The notes beneath the pieces were generated by a model that was not told the DNA's origin, did not search any database, and saw only the letters and a program-made list of their open reading frames with translations. 64,000 bases of DNA, from the NCBI GenBank assembly GCA_039621445.1, contig CP154954.1:48773847-48837846 (forward strand). The letters are read 5' to 3'. Each line of letters starts with the position of its first letter. The stretch's first letter is position 1. A program made the translations under genes and the position numbers. This document shows positions 36,246 to 48,961 of the stretch, piece after piece. Origin of the DNA: Euglena gracilis. Its lineage: Eukaryota.

Positions 36246-36732
36246 GGGGTGGGTGGGTGGGGGGGTGGGGGGGTGGGTGGGTGTGTGGGTGGGTGGGTGT
36301 GTGGGTGGGTGGTGTTGGAGAACAGGTCCAATGTCAAAGGACAACTGGAAACTTTCTGGCATTGCTAATCTGGGCATGGCCCAGTGTGAGGTCAGCAGAG
36401 GCACCCCATCATGTAGCAAATGACCCCCAACCATTGTTGGAGGACTTGTTGGACCGTTGTTTTCTGCCTGTGTGGCATTGCACATCAATGCGCGACTTCA
36501 TTCCAGCGTCGACACAAGCGCCCCCAGCGGGGGTCAACTTGAACACGGCCCCATCCTGAGCCTTGGCAAAGCCCCCCAACACAGACCTCTTTCCCTACAT
36601 CCTCCTTGCCGGCGGGGAGAGGTTTAGCCAAAAGCAGATGCAGACAGGTTGGGGGGAGGGTTCGAGGGCCCGTCTGCCCTTCGCTCCCTTCCGCTGCCCT
36701 CCAGCTGCAGGCTCGCCTTGGGTTCCGACCCG

Positions 36733-39700
36733 ATGCCACTCTTCTCCAGCAAGTCGCACCGCTTTGAGGAGACGGAGCAGGTGAGCTGGGACTTCTTTCT
36801 GCAGAATGTGGGCACCGGTGTGTGTATGTGTGTGCGTGCATGTGTGGGTGCGTGGGTGTGTGCATGCGTGCGTGGGTGCGTGGGTTTGTGTGTGTGTGTG
36901 CGTGCGTACGTGTGTGCGTGCGTGCGTGCGTGCGTGCTTGTGTGTGTGTGTTTGTGCGCGCGCGAATCATTTTTCCAAAAAAATAAAATCACCAATGGAT
37001 CCATTCGGAATTCGAGAACGTGCACCACCCTTTCAGTGTGTCTCTCATGCTAACCCCCCCCCCGCAAATAATACCCCCCCCCCCCCAAATAATACCCCTC
37101 CCCCTCGGGGTCCGACTTCGGCCGCCGAAATAATACCCCCCCCCCCGGTTTCGGGCCGAAGGCCCGGATTTTGAAAAAATATACCTCCCCCCCCTGTCCA
37201 ACGACCGGGCTTGTCTAACGACCAGGCATTTGCTTAAGGGATTGCAGTACCCCCCCCGGGGGAGGGGGGCTGGACTGCAGCTAGTCCAAATGGCTAGTGG
37301 GATTTCTAGCAGGGTTAGCCAGTGGAAAATTTTTTCCCGGTGACCAGCGCAAAGCGCCGAAATTTTTTTTGGGACCCCCAAAAATGGCCAAAAATGCCCG
37401 TTTTTGGCCATTTTTGGGAATTTTTGGAACAAAATCAGCAAAAAACCTATTAAAATTTTTTTTCCAGTCCTGGGGCCCCCCCAACCCCCCCCCCCCCCGG
37501 GGTCCTTAAGCAAATGCCTGCTAACGACCACCCCCCCCCCCGGTCAGAGACGATCTTTTTGTATGCGATGTTGGTTCGGCCAAAATTGCTAAAAGTTGGC
37601 TAAAAACAGTCAAAAATAGCCCAAAATGGCCTAAAATGGCCAAAGGATGGCCAAAAGTGCCCAAAAAGTTGCCACAAATAGCAAAAATAAAGCAAAAATG
37701 GCCAAAAGTAACCAAAAACAGCCTAAAGTGGCCAAAAATGGGCAAAGGGGGCCAAATTGTGGCCAACAGTTGCCAAAAGTGGCCAAAAGCGACCAAACAT
37801 GGCAAAAAGCGGTCAAAAACGCCTAAAAATTCCCAAAAGTGCCCCAAAAATGTCCAAAAATGGCCGAAAGTGGCCAACCGTAGTCAAGAAATACCATAGA
37901 TGGCAAAAACAGCCCAAAAATGGCCATATACCCCCATCTATGGTAAATTTTCCTCCGACTTGGGGTCCACCCCGCTTGTCTAACGACCGCCCCCCCCCCC
38001 CCCTGGTCGGAGACGAACATTGGCCATTTTAGCGACCGCCCCCCGGTCAGAGACGAACATTGGTGGTCGCTGGACAAGGGGGGGGGGGAGGTAGGTAAAA
38101 ATGAACCTGAAAATGTAGGTAAAAATCACAGTTTCTGACAACAAATTACGAAAAAAATCGATTTTTCTGGATCATCTGACCTCCAAAAAATGGTAAATTG
38201 CAACAGAAAGTCCAAAAAAATGACCCTAAAGGGGGTTTTGGCGCTATTTTGGCTTCTGCGCGACTTCAAAAAATTTCAAAAAATTTCGAAAAAGAATACC
38301 CCTCCCCCAAATAATCCCCCCCGGGACTTCGGGCGAAAAAAAAAGTACCCCGGGGGGGGGTATTATTTGGGGGGGTTATTTCAGCCATTGGCTCGAATGG
38401 ACACAGAAATCGTCAGATGACACGACCACAAGACGCGACAGAGTCGGCGGCCGCCCGCAGCCACACACGCGCGCACACACACATTGATTGCCGCTGCAGG
38501 AGACGTCCTCATGCACCACGGCACCGGCAAGAACTCCACCATGATGCAGAAGGGCATGCAGTGCTATTACAGCCACACCGCCATGTTTGTGCGCAACCCG
38601 CAGCCCGGTGTCCCCGTCTTCTCCCTCCCTACCCCTTGATATTAATGATCTGCTTCATTTCTTGTGCAAACAGTGAGATTCACCCCCTTTTTGTGTGTGT
38701 GGCCGAGGTGTTGCCGACTTGTTTTTTTGTGACTTCAGGAGATGCCCAAACCCCTCCTTTTTTATTATTATCATTTTTCCCCCTGGATGGTGGCTTTTTT
38801 TTCCAGCGATTGACAGAGCAACGTTTTGCAGCCTGAGTGTCACGAAAAACCTGTGAAAAAAAAACGCGAAAAAGGGGATGATTAGTAGTTTCTTCGACCA
38901 TTTTTTTTCTTCAAACCGGCGAACACCCGTGAAAGAGATTTCTGCAAAAGCCTCCCTTTTGCTTTCTCCTGCATGGATTCTTGGAGCAGGAGTTGTGGAC
39001 CAGTGAAAAACCCATGGCGATCCAGGTTGAGAGCAGGTCACCACGTCACCGAGTGGTGAGGGCACCAGTTTCAGGGCTCACAACCGACCAGCGGGGAAGG
39101 GCTCTGGGACACAGTGGTGGAAGGCGTGCAGAAGGATCTTTTGCAGGGATTCAGAGGAAGATGATGACCCGCTCATGAAGAGCAAGGGGTGTATTGCCAC
39201 TGAATGGGATGTTGAAAAGTGCAAACTCTTTCGCAATCGCGCAAAGGAGTTGGTGTGCCGAGTTTTTTTTTTTTCACCCCCAAAGAATGTGTATTTGATG
39301 CTGAGTAACAGCACGTTACACACCTATCCTTTTTTCAGCCTCCCAGGGATAATGGAAAATGAGGAATTGTGTTTAAAACTCAATTGCGCCATGACAAGTG
39401 AGTAAAATTAATTTTTGTTCGCACAATTTCGCAAGCGAATTTTCAGCTTTTGTTTGCGCAACTGCACAAGTGATACAGTTAATTTATCCTCACTGGGACC
39501 TTTCCCTGACGTGTTTTTTTTTGCCTCTCAGAAATGGATGCATTGGGTGTGCCATGTTCTCCTGAAATCTGTTTCGCTCCCCGTTCTATATTTTCCCATC
39601 AGCCATTGGAGAGGAATGTGATTTGCTGTTATGCAGCCTGACGAAAAAGAGAGTTTCACAACCCCTTCTTTGGACACCTCATTTCCATGCCTTGAAATGC

Positions 39701-42700
39701 TGCCTAAAAGATCACCCTCATTGGGGTATGATCGATATGGGTTTCGATCATACCCCAACTACATCACTCCGATGGTTGACTATTTAAGCTTTTTTGGGTT
39801 GGTTAAAAATGCCTCTGTTCAACGCCTTGTCCAGGGCGAGTTTTGGGTGTTCACAAGCTCTTCATTCAATTGGTTTTCTGGACGGGGTCGTATGCTCTTG
39901 ATTTGCACCACAAACTGGATAGGCGACGAAAGGGCGGCGCCAGACTCCCCTGAACCCGCTGGAAGAAGCAATCACCAGGTGGATAGCCTTTGAAGCTTGA
40001 ACTTGTCGACCAGCTCCCAGGTGGCAGAATGTGTACCACAAAGTCCACAGATTGACAGGTTGTACTTATGGCACTGTCCGTTGCTGCTCTTTTTTTTGCG
40101 ATTTGGACTGGAAATTTCAAAACTTCAGATTCGATAATTGTGAACTGTCAAGTTTTGAGACACGTGCCTTCATCTAAAAAACAGGCCCTGAAAACGATCC
40201 CAAATAGGCAATAAATTTGGAAATGTTTTAGATTGCGCGATTGCGCAAGGCAAGTCCACTTTTATGTGCTAACTGCGAAAAAGGCTGCATAAGAGGGTTT
40301 GCATGAAAGTGATTTGGACAAATTAGAGGAGCGAAATACTGCAAATAAAACAAAGTTTTGGGCCTGCTAACTTCTCCATTATTTGTGACATTCTCCGACA
40401 TTCACTCTATTGTTGCCAATTTGGAGAATACTTCCAGTTTCCAAGCTGAAGTTAATGCTCAGATTTTTGTGTTGTAATTCCTAATTTGATCTAAAATCCA
40501 AATTTGAAATCACAAATCCTCAATCTGTCCCACAAATCACCGATTCAGGAGCCCTTGGAAACTTCCAGAGTTTTGTCAGGAGCTTTTTGCCTAAATGCTC
40601 CAAATATTTTTCTACCATTCCCCCGAGAGCGCCATTTTTACGAACCATTTATCAACCACTTTTTCCGGCATTTTTTTTAATTCACAAAATTTTTTTAATT
40701 CACAATTTTTTGTCACGAAGCCCCCAAATGTTTGTTCTGTACCCCACAATCACCTCCCAAAAATGGATCCAGCCGAGACCCCCGCCCCCGGGAACCTCGG
40801 TGCTCCGACCCGTCCCCCCGGGTCCGAAAACACCCGCGGCTGTCCGCTGCAGACGTGCTGGCGCTGTTCAACGTGGCGGAGCCCTGCCGCACCGCCATCT
40901 ACATCTGGGAGTCGACCGCCCAGGAGCCGGAGGGGACCCGCCTCATCCCGTGGCTGAAGTGGCTGGACCACGAGCGGCAGCGCAACGGGGAGGGGTACCT
41001 CCTCGTGTGGCGCAAGCTGGGCGGCCTGGACCCGGCCCGGGAGGGTGTGTTGGCGCGTTGCGTGGTGTTTCTTTCCGGTGCATTGCGTTGTGTTGTGTGG
41101 TTGCCTTGCGTGGCCAGTCCGGCGATGCGTTTGCACTGTATGTGCTTTCTTTGAACAGTCACCATCCCCTGGTCCAGGGACGTATACATGTGTAGACGCA
41201 TGCATGGATGGATGTGCATATCATGCACTTATGTGCATGTGCATGAATATATGTGTATAAATGGTGTGTTGTAGACATGGATGTTTGCTGAGCCTGCATG
41301 TGCCTCAAACAGGCTTTTGCTTAAGGGATTGCAGTCCCCCCCCCCCCCCCCCCGGGGGGCTGGACTGCAGCTAGTCCAAATTTGGCTAGTGGGTTTTCTA
41401 GCAGACCCCCCCCGGGGGGGTCTGCTACCAGGGCTAGCTAGTGGAATTTTTTTTCCAGTGACCGGCGCGAAGCGGCGAAAAATTTTTTGGGACCCCAAAA
41501 AATGGCCAAAAATGCCCGTTTTTGGCCATTTTTGGGAATTTTTGGAACAAAATCAGCCAAAAACCTGTTAAAAACCTCATTTTTCCTCCGGCGTGCAGCG
41601 CCGGGGGGGAATTTTTTTTCCAGTCCGGGGGACCCCTGGACCCCCCCCCTCCCGGGGGGGTCTAGGGGTCTAGCTAGTCCACTTTTTCCAGTGTCTAGCC
41701 GATTGGCTAGCCAGTACCCCCCCGGGGGTCCTTAAGCAAAAGCCTGGCCTCAAAGCAGGGGTAGTGCATTAAATCCACTAGTCAGCTAAAGCCATAACCA
41801 AGCCAGGAAGGATGTGACTGTGTGTGCCCCCATCTTCTTGGGGGGAATAACTGAATAAACTCATGGAGTTGGGGATGCCACAGACCACCCACCAAGGGGA
41901 AAAAGAGCTTTTATTGCAAGCCCCCTGTTCTTTTTGACCATTTTTCGGACCCCCTCCAGAGCTTTTTCAGCCGAAATTTGCAGCAAAAATCCAAAATAAA
42001 TGGATCACCTCCAAAAATAATAAATGGATCACCTCCAAAAATATGGGCCCCCTTGGGATTTTCAGCCCTGACCCAAAAAGTCGACCAAGGGTCGTAATTG
42101 GGGGGGGGGGACCTTGTCAATGGTTTGCACCGGATTGTTGCTACTCCGCAATCAACATAAGGACTTCTGGTTTTGTCTTAAAAAATAAATTTCATATGAA
42201 AGATGGGATAGAATCAAAATTTCACGAAAATCACACAGCTTTGGGGCTATTTTTTTGTATTTTGTTGAAAAATTATCCGGATATGTCTTATTCTATAAGT
42301 ATCCATATCTTCCCCTCACAGCCAAGCTCTGGGATTGTATCCGGCAGTCTAGGCACGTCCCGTATGAGAAGCACCGCAGCGAGATGTTCAAGGCGCTGAT
42401 CAACCTGAACAAGACCGACAAGGTGGAGTCTATGTTCTGCTCGGAGCTGGTGCACAGCCCGGGCCTTGAGCTGTCTACAAAAAGAGGCCAGAACTTCCTG
42501 CCTGGAACTGTGGATCCTCCCTCTCATTTCCATTGTTTGTTGACCCCATACCTGTCTTGAATATGGCAGTCGTGTGGTTGTGTGTGCACCTGAGTTTTTC
42601 CCGCTCCCTGCTCCCTGGCACATCCAAACGTACTCAAGGCATCTCCCCTCCCTCGAGGGCATGCGATCTGGACCATGCCAAACCCTGATGCCATACACAT

Positions 42701-42715
42701 GCACACACATATGTG

Positions 42716-42797
<82 letters not shown>

Positions 42798-43217
42798 GGC
42801 AACCACGAGGTGGATTGGATTCTGCCGGGGAGCTGTGCTCAACCGTTTCGGTGGTAACCGGCACAGGGGGGAGGGGGCTTCTGCCTGGGGACCGAGACCA
42901 GGCTGGCAAGGGCCTTCGCGATGAAGACGGCGGGGCTGGTGTCGGACCGCATCGTCGTGTCCAACATGACCACCGCCTCTTTCTCCCACTTCTACCACCA
43001 CGACTCCAGCAACATCGAGGACGGCCTCCTGAACTGCACCCTGGCTCCGGAGAAGCGGGTGACGCTGCCCCTGTGTGCCCCACCCCCACCCCACGGGGGT
43101 GCTGGCCGGTCCCTTGCCCCACAATGGCACATTGGCATGGACGTGGGGCTCATCCGCGTGAGTCAGCTGGCCACCTCCCGTGCCATCCGCAGGGTTGCAA
43201 AGCCGTTCACAATCTAG
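36733..43217 (+). CDS. Permuted papain-like NlpC/P60 amidase (YiiX/YaeF-type), multi-exon (copy 2)
   Basis: Same exons as 8892-15167 with intact YSH and FCSELV motifs; ATG at 36733, TAG ending 43217. Confidence 0.8.
37182..38093. mobile_element. Nested TA-flanked MITE (CCTCCCC termini)
   Basis: TACCTCCCCCCCCTGTCCAACGACC ... GGTCGCTGGACAAGGGGGGGGGGGAGGTA inverted ends. Confidence 0.7.
37223..37520. mobile_element. Young hAT-like MITE (CAGGC family), private to copy 2
   Basis: Perfect 17-bp TIR CAGGCATTTGCTTAAGG / CCTTAAGCAAATGCCTG; perfect 8-bp TSD CTAACGAC; absent at the matching (inverted) site ~9260. Confidence 0.92.
41310..41746. mobile_element. Young hAT-like MITE (CAGGC family), private to copy 2
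   Basis: TIR CAGGCTTTTGCTTAAGG / CCTTAAGCAAAAGCCTG; perfect 8-bp TSD GCCTCAAA. Confidence 0.92.
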
Positions 43218-43464
43218 GCGCTGGCAGTCGTGGCGTCGGCTTCTCCGCAGCGGTCGCTGTGCGGGAGCATTCCTCCTCACCCTCACACCCTTGCCACTAC
43301 CGGGGGTATGTACCTTAGCCCCCGTTGCTGATGAAGTGGAACTCTACGGCCGCCTCTTTTCCTACCCTGTACTGTGATCAGGGTATTAAGTGAGCATTGG
43401 TTTTGTATGGGGGGGAGGGGAGGGGGTTCAGATTCGCCCTTCAGACGGAAGGGGGGGATGGGAC

Positions 43465-43728
43465 CAGGCTTTTGCTTAAGGGATTGCAGTACCCCCCCCC
43501 CCGGGGGGGGGTGGACTGCAGCTAGTCCAATTTTTTTTGGGACCCCCCAAAATGGCCAAAAATGCCCGTTTTTGGCCATTTTTGGGAATTTTTGGAACAA
43601 AATCAGCCAAAAACCTGTTAAAATTTTTTCCCGGGGGGAGGGGGGTCTAGCTAGTCCACTTTTTCCAGTGTCTAACCGATTGGCTAGCCAGTACCCCCCC
43701 CCCCCGGGGGTCCTTAAACAAAAGCCTG
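43465..43728. mobile_element. Young hAT-like MITE (CAGGC family), private to copy 2
   Basis: TIR CAGGCTTTTGCTTAAGG / CCTTAAACAAAAGCCTG; perfect 8-bp TSD GATGGGAC; empty site at ~15408. Confidence 0.92.
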
Positions 43729-46115
43729 GATGGGACCCCCGGGAACTCAAAATCAAACTCTGGCGCATTGTGCTGGGACAGCAAAAACTTTTTGTGTATG
43801 CTTTGGCCAATTTTCCAAAAATGTTTGCGAATGCGCAATTTTTGGGCCTTTTTCAAAATCCAAAAAAAATATGTGGCTCTTTGCGCCAGAATTTTTTGCA
43901 CAGGAGCCTTCGGGAGGTCCATAACTTCGGGAGGTCCATAATACCCCTTCCTCCCTGTTCATTTAATACCCCGACTGTACCCCATGCCTCTATTCCTGAT
44001 CCACTTGCAGCCCTGCATTGTCTGCGGCAGACGCTCTGGGTTTGTCGTCAGGAGGGGGAAGGGTTGGTGTTGGACCAAAAGCTTTTAAGTCCCCCAAACA
44101 AGGAATGGGTTCGCAGGATGTTTGACAGACCTCCAGTCCAACGTCTGCGTTGTGCAACGAGTGCCCGTCCCCGAGGGCTGCCCCATTCCGTTCTGGGCCA
44201 CCACCCTTCCTCGTCCCGCCTTTCCCTCCTACGGTCCTCGCGGCTGCCCTCAACGTGTCGTCCAGGCATCCATGCGCACGTCTCCCTTTTTCTCGTATTC
44301 TCACCTCACCCAGACCTTTCCTGAGGAAACGGCTTCAGCAGCTGACCTTTTTCTTGCGAAATTTGAGAATTTTTTGTTAAAAATGTGTATCGACTTTTTT
44401 TTTCAGGCTTCTGACCATACAAGTGTTGCAAAAATCACCTTTTTGGATCTTCGTGTCGCCAGAGGTCGAAAAATGTCGACTTTTTTTCCTCAAAGAGACC
44501 TGTCTCCTCCCTCTGTTCTCGCTGACTTGTCTGGAGATGCCTGACCTCCCTCAAGCACGACGTCCTTCCAAGCTCGCTTTTGAAGGCAAGGCATTAATTT
44601 TACGGTGCGGAGAATGGATTTTTGTGTGTGGATTGGAGCCACTTTGGAGCCAAAAACAGCACACGGTGGGGCAAAGTTGAGGTTGTTGTTTTTTTAAATC
44701 AAAGAGGCCTGCTTCCTCCCGCTGAGCAATCCGCTCCCCCGTGTGTCGTGTCCCGGTTTTGCGCCACAGGGGTCCCACCGACCCCCTCTGTCCTCATCTC
44801 CGCCGGTGCGCGGTGTGTCTGTGGGTCGGTAAACGAGAGCGACTCTCGGAGGACAAAGGTGGTGCCGGTGATGGGCCCGTGGCACATCATCGTTGATGGC
44901 GTTGCTGCCTGTGCCGGCCTGCCTCCGTGCCTGTCAGGGCTCATACTCCTGCAGGTGGCGAAAATCCGCTAAAGTCACAGCCTCGGATCTCTTCTACTGC
45001 GGTGCGGCACACGTCGGAACATCCCGTGAGCTCACCCACAAAGAACCCTCTGAAGACGTTCAGTATTATTGCAGGACATCCTTCCTCCAAACTTCTCTCA
45101 CAAAGGGCAGGTCGCAGACTGGCAGGTTTTTTTGGCTGCGAAGAGACGCACATTGAACAAATCCCTCGCTTTTGTGTGAACCCAGCCCTGACCTTTCTCC
45201 AATGCCCCCCCCCCCCTTCATACCGACCCATTGGAAATTTCACTGATTTGAGAATAGACATTTTTTTTTAAGTTTCGTGATCCGAGGGGGGCTGAGTGGG
45301 TGTGTCCTCTTGCCGAGCCCCCCCCCCCCCCCCGGTTTGGGCCAAGTGGGTCCCCACCTCTGGCGGGTTTCCTCTGTTTCGGTGCGAAGTGCCGAAAAAA
45401 TTTTGGTCCCCAAAAATTTGACCGTCCAATTGTGGTCCCCCTGAGCCCCCCCCCCCCGGGCCCCACCGCAGGGGTTCGGACCCCCCCGGGTCCTAAAAAA
45501 CCTCTCCTTGAGAAATATGCTGACCCATACCAAAAATCTACAGAGAAAAATTCAAAGCTGACTGTTCAGGCTCACGCAGTGGAATGGAAGTGGATGGTCC
45601 GCATCTGAGCCGCGGGGGGGGGGTTGTACACCCGCATCAATTTTTGATGTCATCAATTTTTTATTGCTGCTGAAAGTCTGGGGTAATTAGTGCCTCTTGT
45701 CCATGGGGGCGACCCCTCCCCCCGACGACATCGATCCCCCGTACCCATCCCCCATTTTCAACAACACATCCAATTTCCACCAACTCACCAGCAGATGACG
45801 ACCTATCCTCAGGTTCGGGGGGGGGGGGCACTGACCAATGCCAGCCAAAAGGATAACCCCCCAAATAGCCTGGCGGGCCCTTGCTCCTGGCGGGGGCCGG
45901 ATAACCTGGCAGGGGGAGGGGCAAAAAGGATGGTCCCCGAAACTTGGCACCCCATTTTCAGCAAAATTCTTTTTAGCGCTGAAAAAAACAGGCCCAAATA
46001 ACCTGACGGGGGGGGGCAGGGCCAAAAGTTGGTTCAGTGACCTGCACCCCGCCAGGTTATTGGGGGGGTTTACTTCCCCGCAGGGCCGCCACCGTGTCCC
46101 TCAGGCTGCCCCCCG

Positions 46116-48930
46116 ATGGCCCGCGGAAAAGGCTCTTCAGCCGCCGCCAGGGCCAAGGAGGCCCCGCCTGCCAAGCGGCCCAAGACAGAACCCCCACAGG
46201 TGTCACCCGCGTGTGTTGCTGGGGCGGGGGTGGCGCAGTGGAAGCGAGGTCTTTTGAGCGGCTGCCTCGTGGGGTGTCCAATGTTGCCGGTGTGGTCTGG
46301 TCTGTGGAGACCAAGCCACAGCATCCATCTCCCTGGCACCTTATCCCCTTTCCGCAACAGCCGGGATGGCAGTGTCAAATGCAAATGCAGTTGAAATGAT
46401 CCCACCACGGCTCCTTGGGTCACTGACCCCCAAAGGTTAAACCGCGCTTCTAATCATTCCACCCAGGGGGAGCGACAACCTAACACCGAGCCCAAGGTGG
46501 AGCCAAGTGATGAAACAATCCAGTCCGGTGTGCCTCCTCTCACCCAACAGGTTGTGTTGACCAAAATTGAACCTCCCTCCTATTTCAGAACGGGGTCTGA
46601 AAATTTTAATTATTGCTCACATGCACTTGTGGACAAGAAACAGGCATGCTGTGCCCTGTACAAATACCATGTGTGTGCTCACACACGTGCATTTCGATCA
46701 GGGGTTTTTTTTAGTCGTGGACCCCTGGGGGGGGGAGGGGGGTAGGGTGGGTGGGTCCGGCCGAGCCCCCCCCCCCCGGAGGGGGGTGGGATATACTTTT
46801 CGGCGCCGCAGGCGCCGAAAAAATGCTATTTTTAGCACTTTTCGCGATTTTCCGGCCATTTTTTGTGGGTCCCCCGGGACCCCCCCCCCCGGGGGGGCCC
46901 CCCAGGGGGTGGGTGGATGGGGGGGACCCCCCCTCCCCCCCCCCGGTCTTAAAAAAACCCCTGATTTCGATGCCTGCACAAAGAGAAGGCAGCATTGATG
47001 CCGACGCATTGATGCCGACGCATTGATGCCGACGACCAATCTTATATTTGGGTGTTTGGCCCTACGCTTCGTCTTTAATGATCCTTTGCATAAGTAGGTT
47101 TTGTCTGCTCACAATTTCCACACCCTCCCTGCGAATCATGCTGGTGTGTACGTTGACTGTGCTGAAGCACAGTCAATTAGGTGCTCTCCATCCAAATCAT
47201 GTGCGCAGTTGGGCCGTAAGTTCTGGGACATTCTGTCGGACATAAATAGGGAACGAAATGAACATTTTTTTTTGGCTGGAAGTTTCTTGCGAGCTTGACA
47301 CGGCGTCTGAGGGCATTCCCCCGGGGACCCCCAGAACGAAAATAACAAAGATCCTTTATCAGTGCAACTAGGGGCATCCAACCCTAATGTTTCTGGGCAC
47401 CCCCACCCCCCAACATCCCCCCAACACCCCCCACATATCACACCCCCACACATATCCCCCACAGTACCCCACATTTAAGTGTGGAGCTCCACTGTATGCC
47501 ACATGTGAACTGGAACGACCTCTGGCAGCCCCGCAGTGCGTTTTCTGAGGTTGCCCCGCCGCAAATTCATGTGTTCTATATGGCGATGTCTAGCCCCCTT
47601 CCTGCTGTGCTCGATGCTCATGGTGGCCCCCCTTCTTTTTAAATCAGAAGACCCCAGAGGTGGGGTGGGTGGGTGGTTCCGGGGCTGGGGAGAAGCCGAA
47701 AGTTTTTTTGGGGCCCCCTGGACATGGCCGAAGGCCGAGTAAGTCAAAAAATGATGCCAAAAATTTCATGTGTGGGGGGTACTGTGGGGGCAGGGATGGA
47801 TGGGAAGCCCTTCGGTATTGAGGTAGGTGGTAGGGGGGGGTCGCTGAGCTCTTATCCCTTTATGGGTAAGAGCGAAGCTTACCACCGGCGAAACCCCCCC
47901 CCCCGCCCCCCCCCCCCCCCCCCCCCCCCCCGGGTCGGGGCCACCAGGACCGACGGATTATCACCATGACCCCGGCCCGGTTCCCGAATTTTTTTTTTTC
48001 AGTCGCGAGCGACTGGATTTCTAGTTTCCGAATCACCTGGGTTTGACCCCCAACTCCCCGCCAGGCCCGAGTTATTCACGCGCGAAGGGGTCCAAACTCG
48101 GTAGGATTTACCCCCCCCCCCCCCCTGGATAAGCCCCCCCCTTTGGACTCTGCCATTTCGGCCAAAAAATGTCAATTTTCAAAATATCTCCAAAATGAAG
48201 CCAAATCAAAGGAAATGTCCGGAGACCTAATTTGAAGCCCTTGGAACGCCCCATCTACCGGTATTTTGATTTCCCCGCAACTCCCCGCCTAGCCCGAGAT
48301 ACGGCCGTTTTCGGCGCAGATGGCCGTTTTGTACACTTTTCCCTCTGTTCGACTTAGCCGTTTTCGGGGGGTGGGGGGTCAAAAAATCGATGTTTTCAAA
48401 ATTTCTCGAAAATGATGCAAAATCAAAGGAAATGTCCGGAGACCTAAATTGAAGCCCTTGGAACGCTCTATCTAGTGGGATTTTGGTTTCCCCGCAACTC
48501 CCCGCCCAGCCCGAGATACGGGCGTTTTTTGGCCAATTTAGGCCATTTTAGGCCATTTTGTACACTTTTTCCACTGTCCGACTTAAAAAAAAGTCGAAAA
48601 AAATCGAAAAATTTTTTTTTGCCCGAAACGATGTTTTTGGGCCTCCCGGACCCGGAAAAACTGTTTTTGAGCCGAAAACGAGCGTTTTTCGACCCGCCGG
48701 CGCCCCGTTTTGGGCCGCCGACCCATTGACTTTGGGTCAAAACCGGGTCAAAAAGTCGAAAAAAAAAAAAAAATTTTTTTTTGCCCAAAACGCGATGTTT
48801 TTTGGCCTCCCGGACCCGGAAAACTGTTTTTGAGCCGAAAAAGAACGTTTTTCGACCGGCAAACGCCCCGTTTTGGGCCGCCGACCCATTGACTTTGTTT
48901 CAAAAAAACGGCAACAAAGTCGAAAAAATC

Positions 48931-48961
<31 letters not shown>

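Larger units (their letters stand above)
37051..38378. mobile_element. Outer TA-flanked MITE containing nested elements
   Basis: TAACCCCCCC...AAATAATACC at 37051 and GGTATTATTTGGGGGGGTTA ending 38378. Confidence 0.65.
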
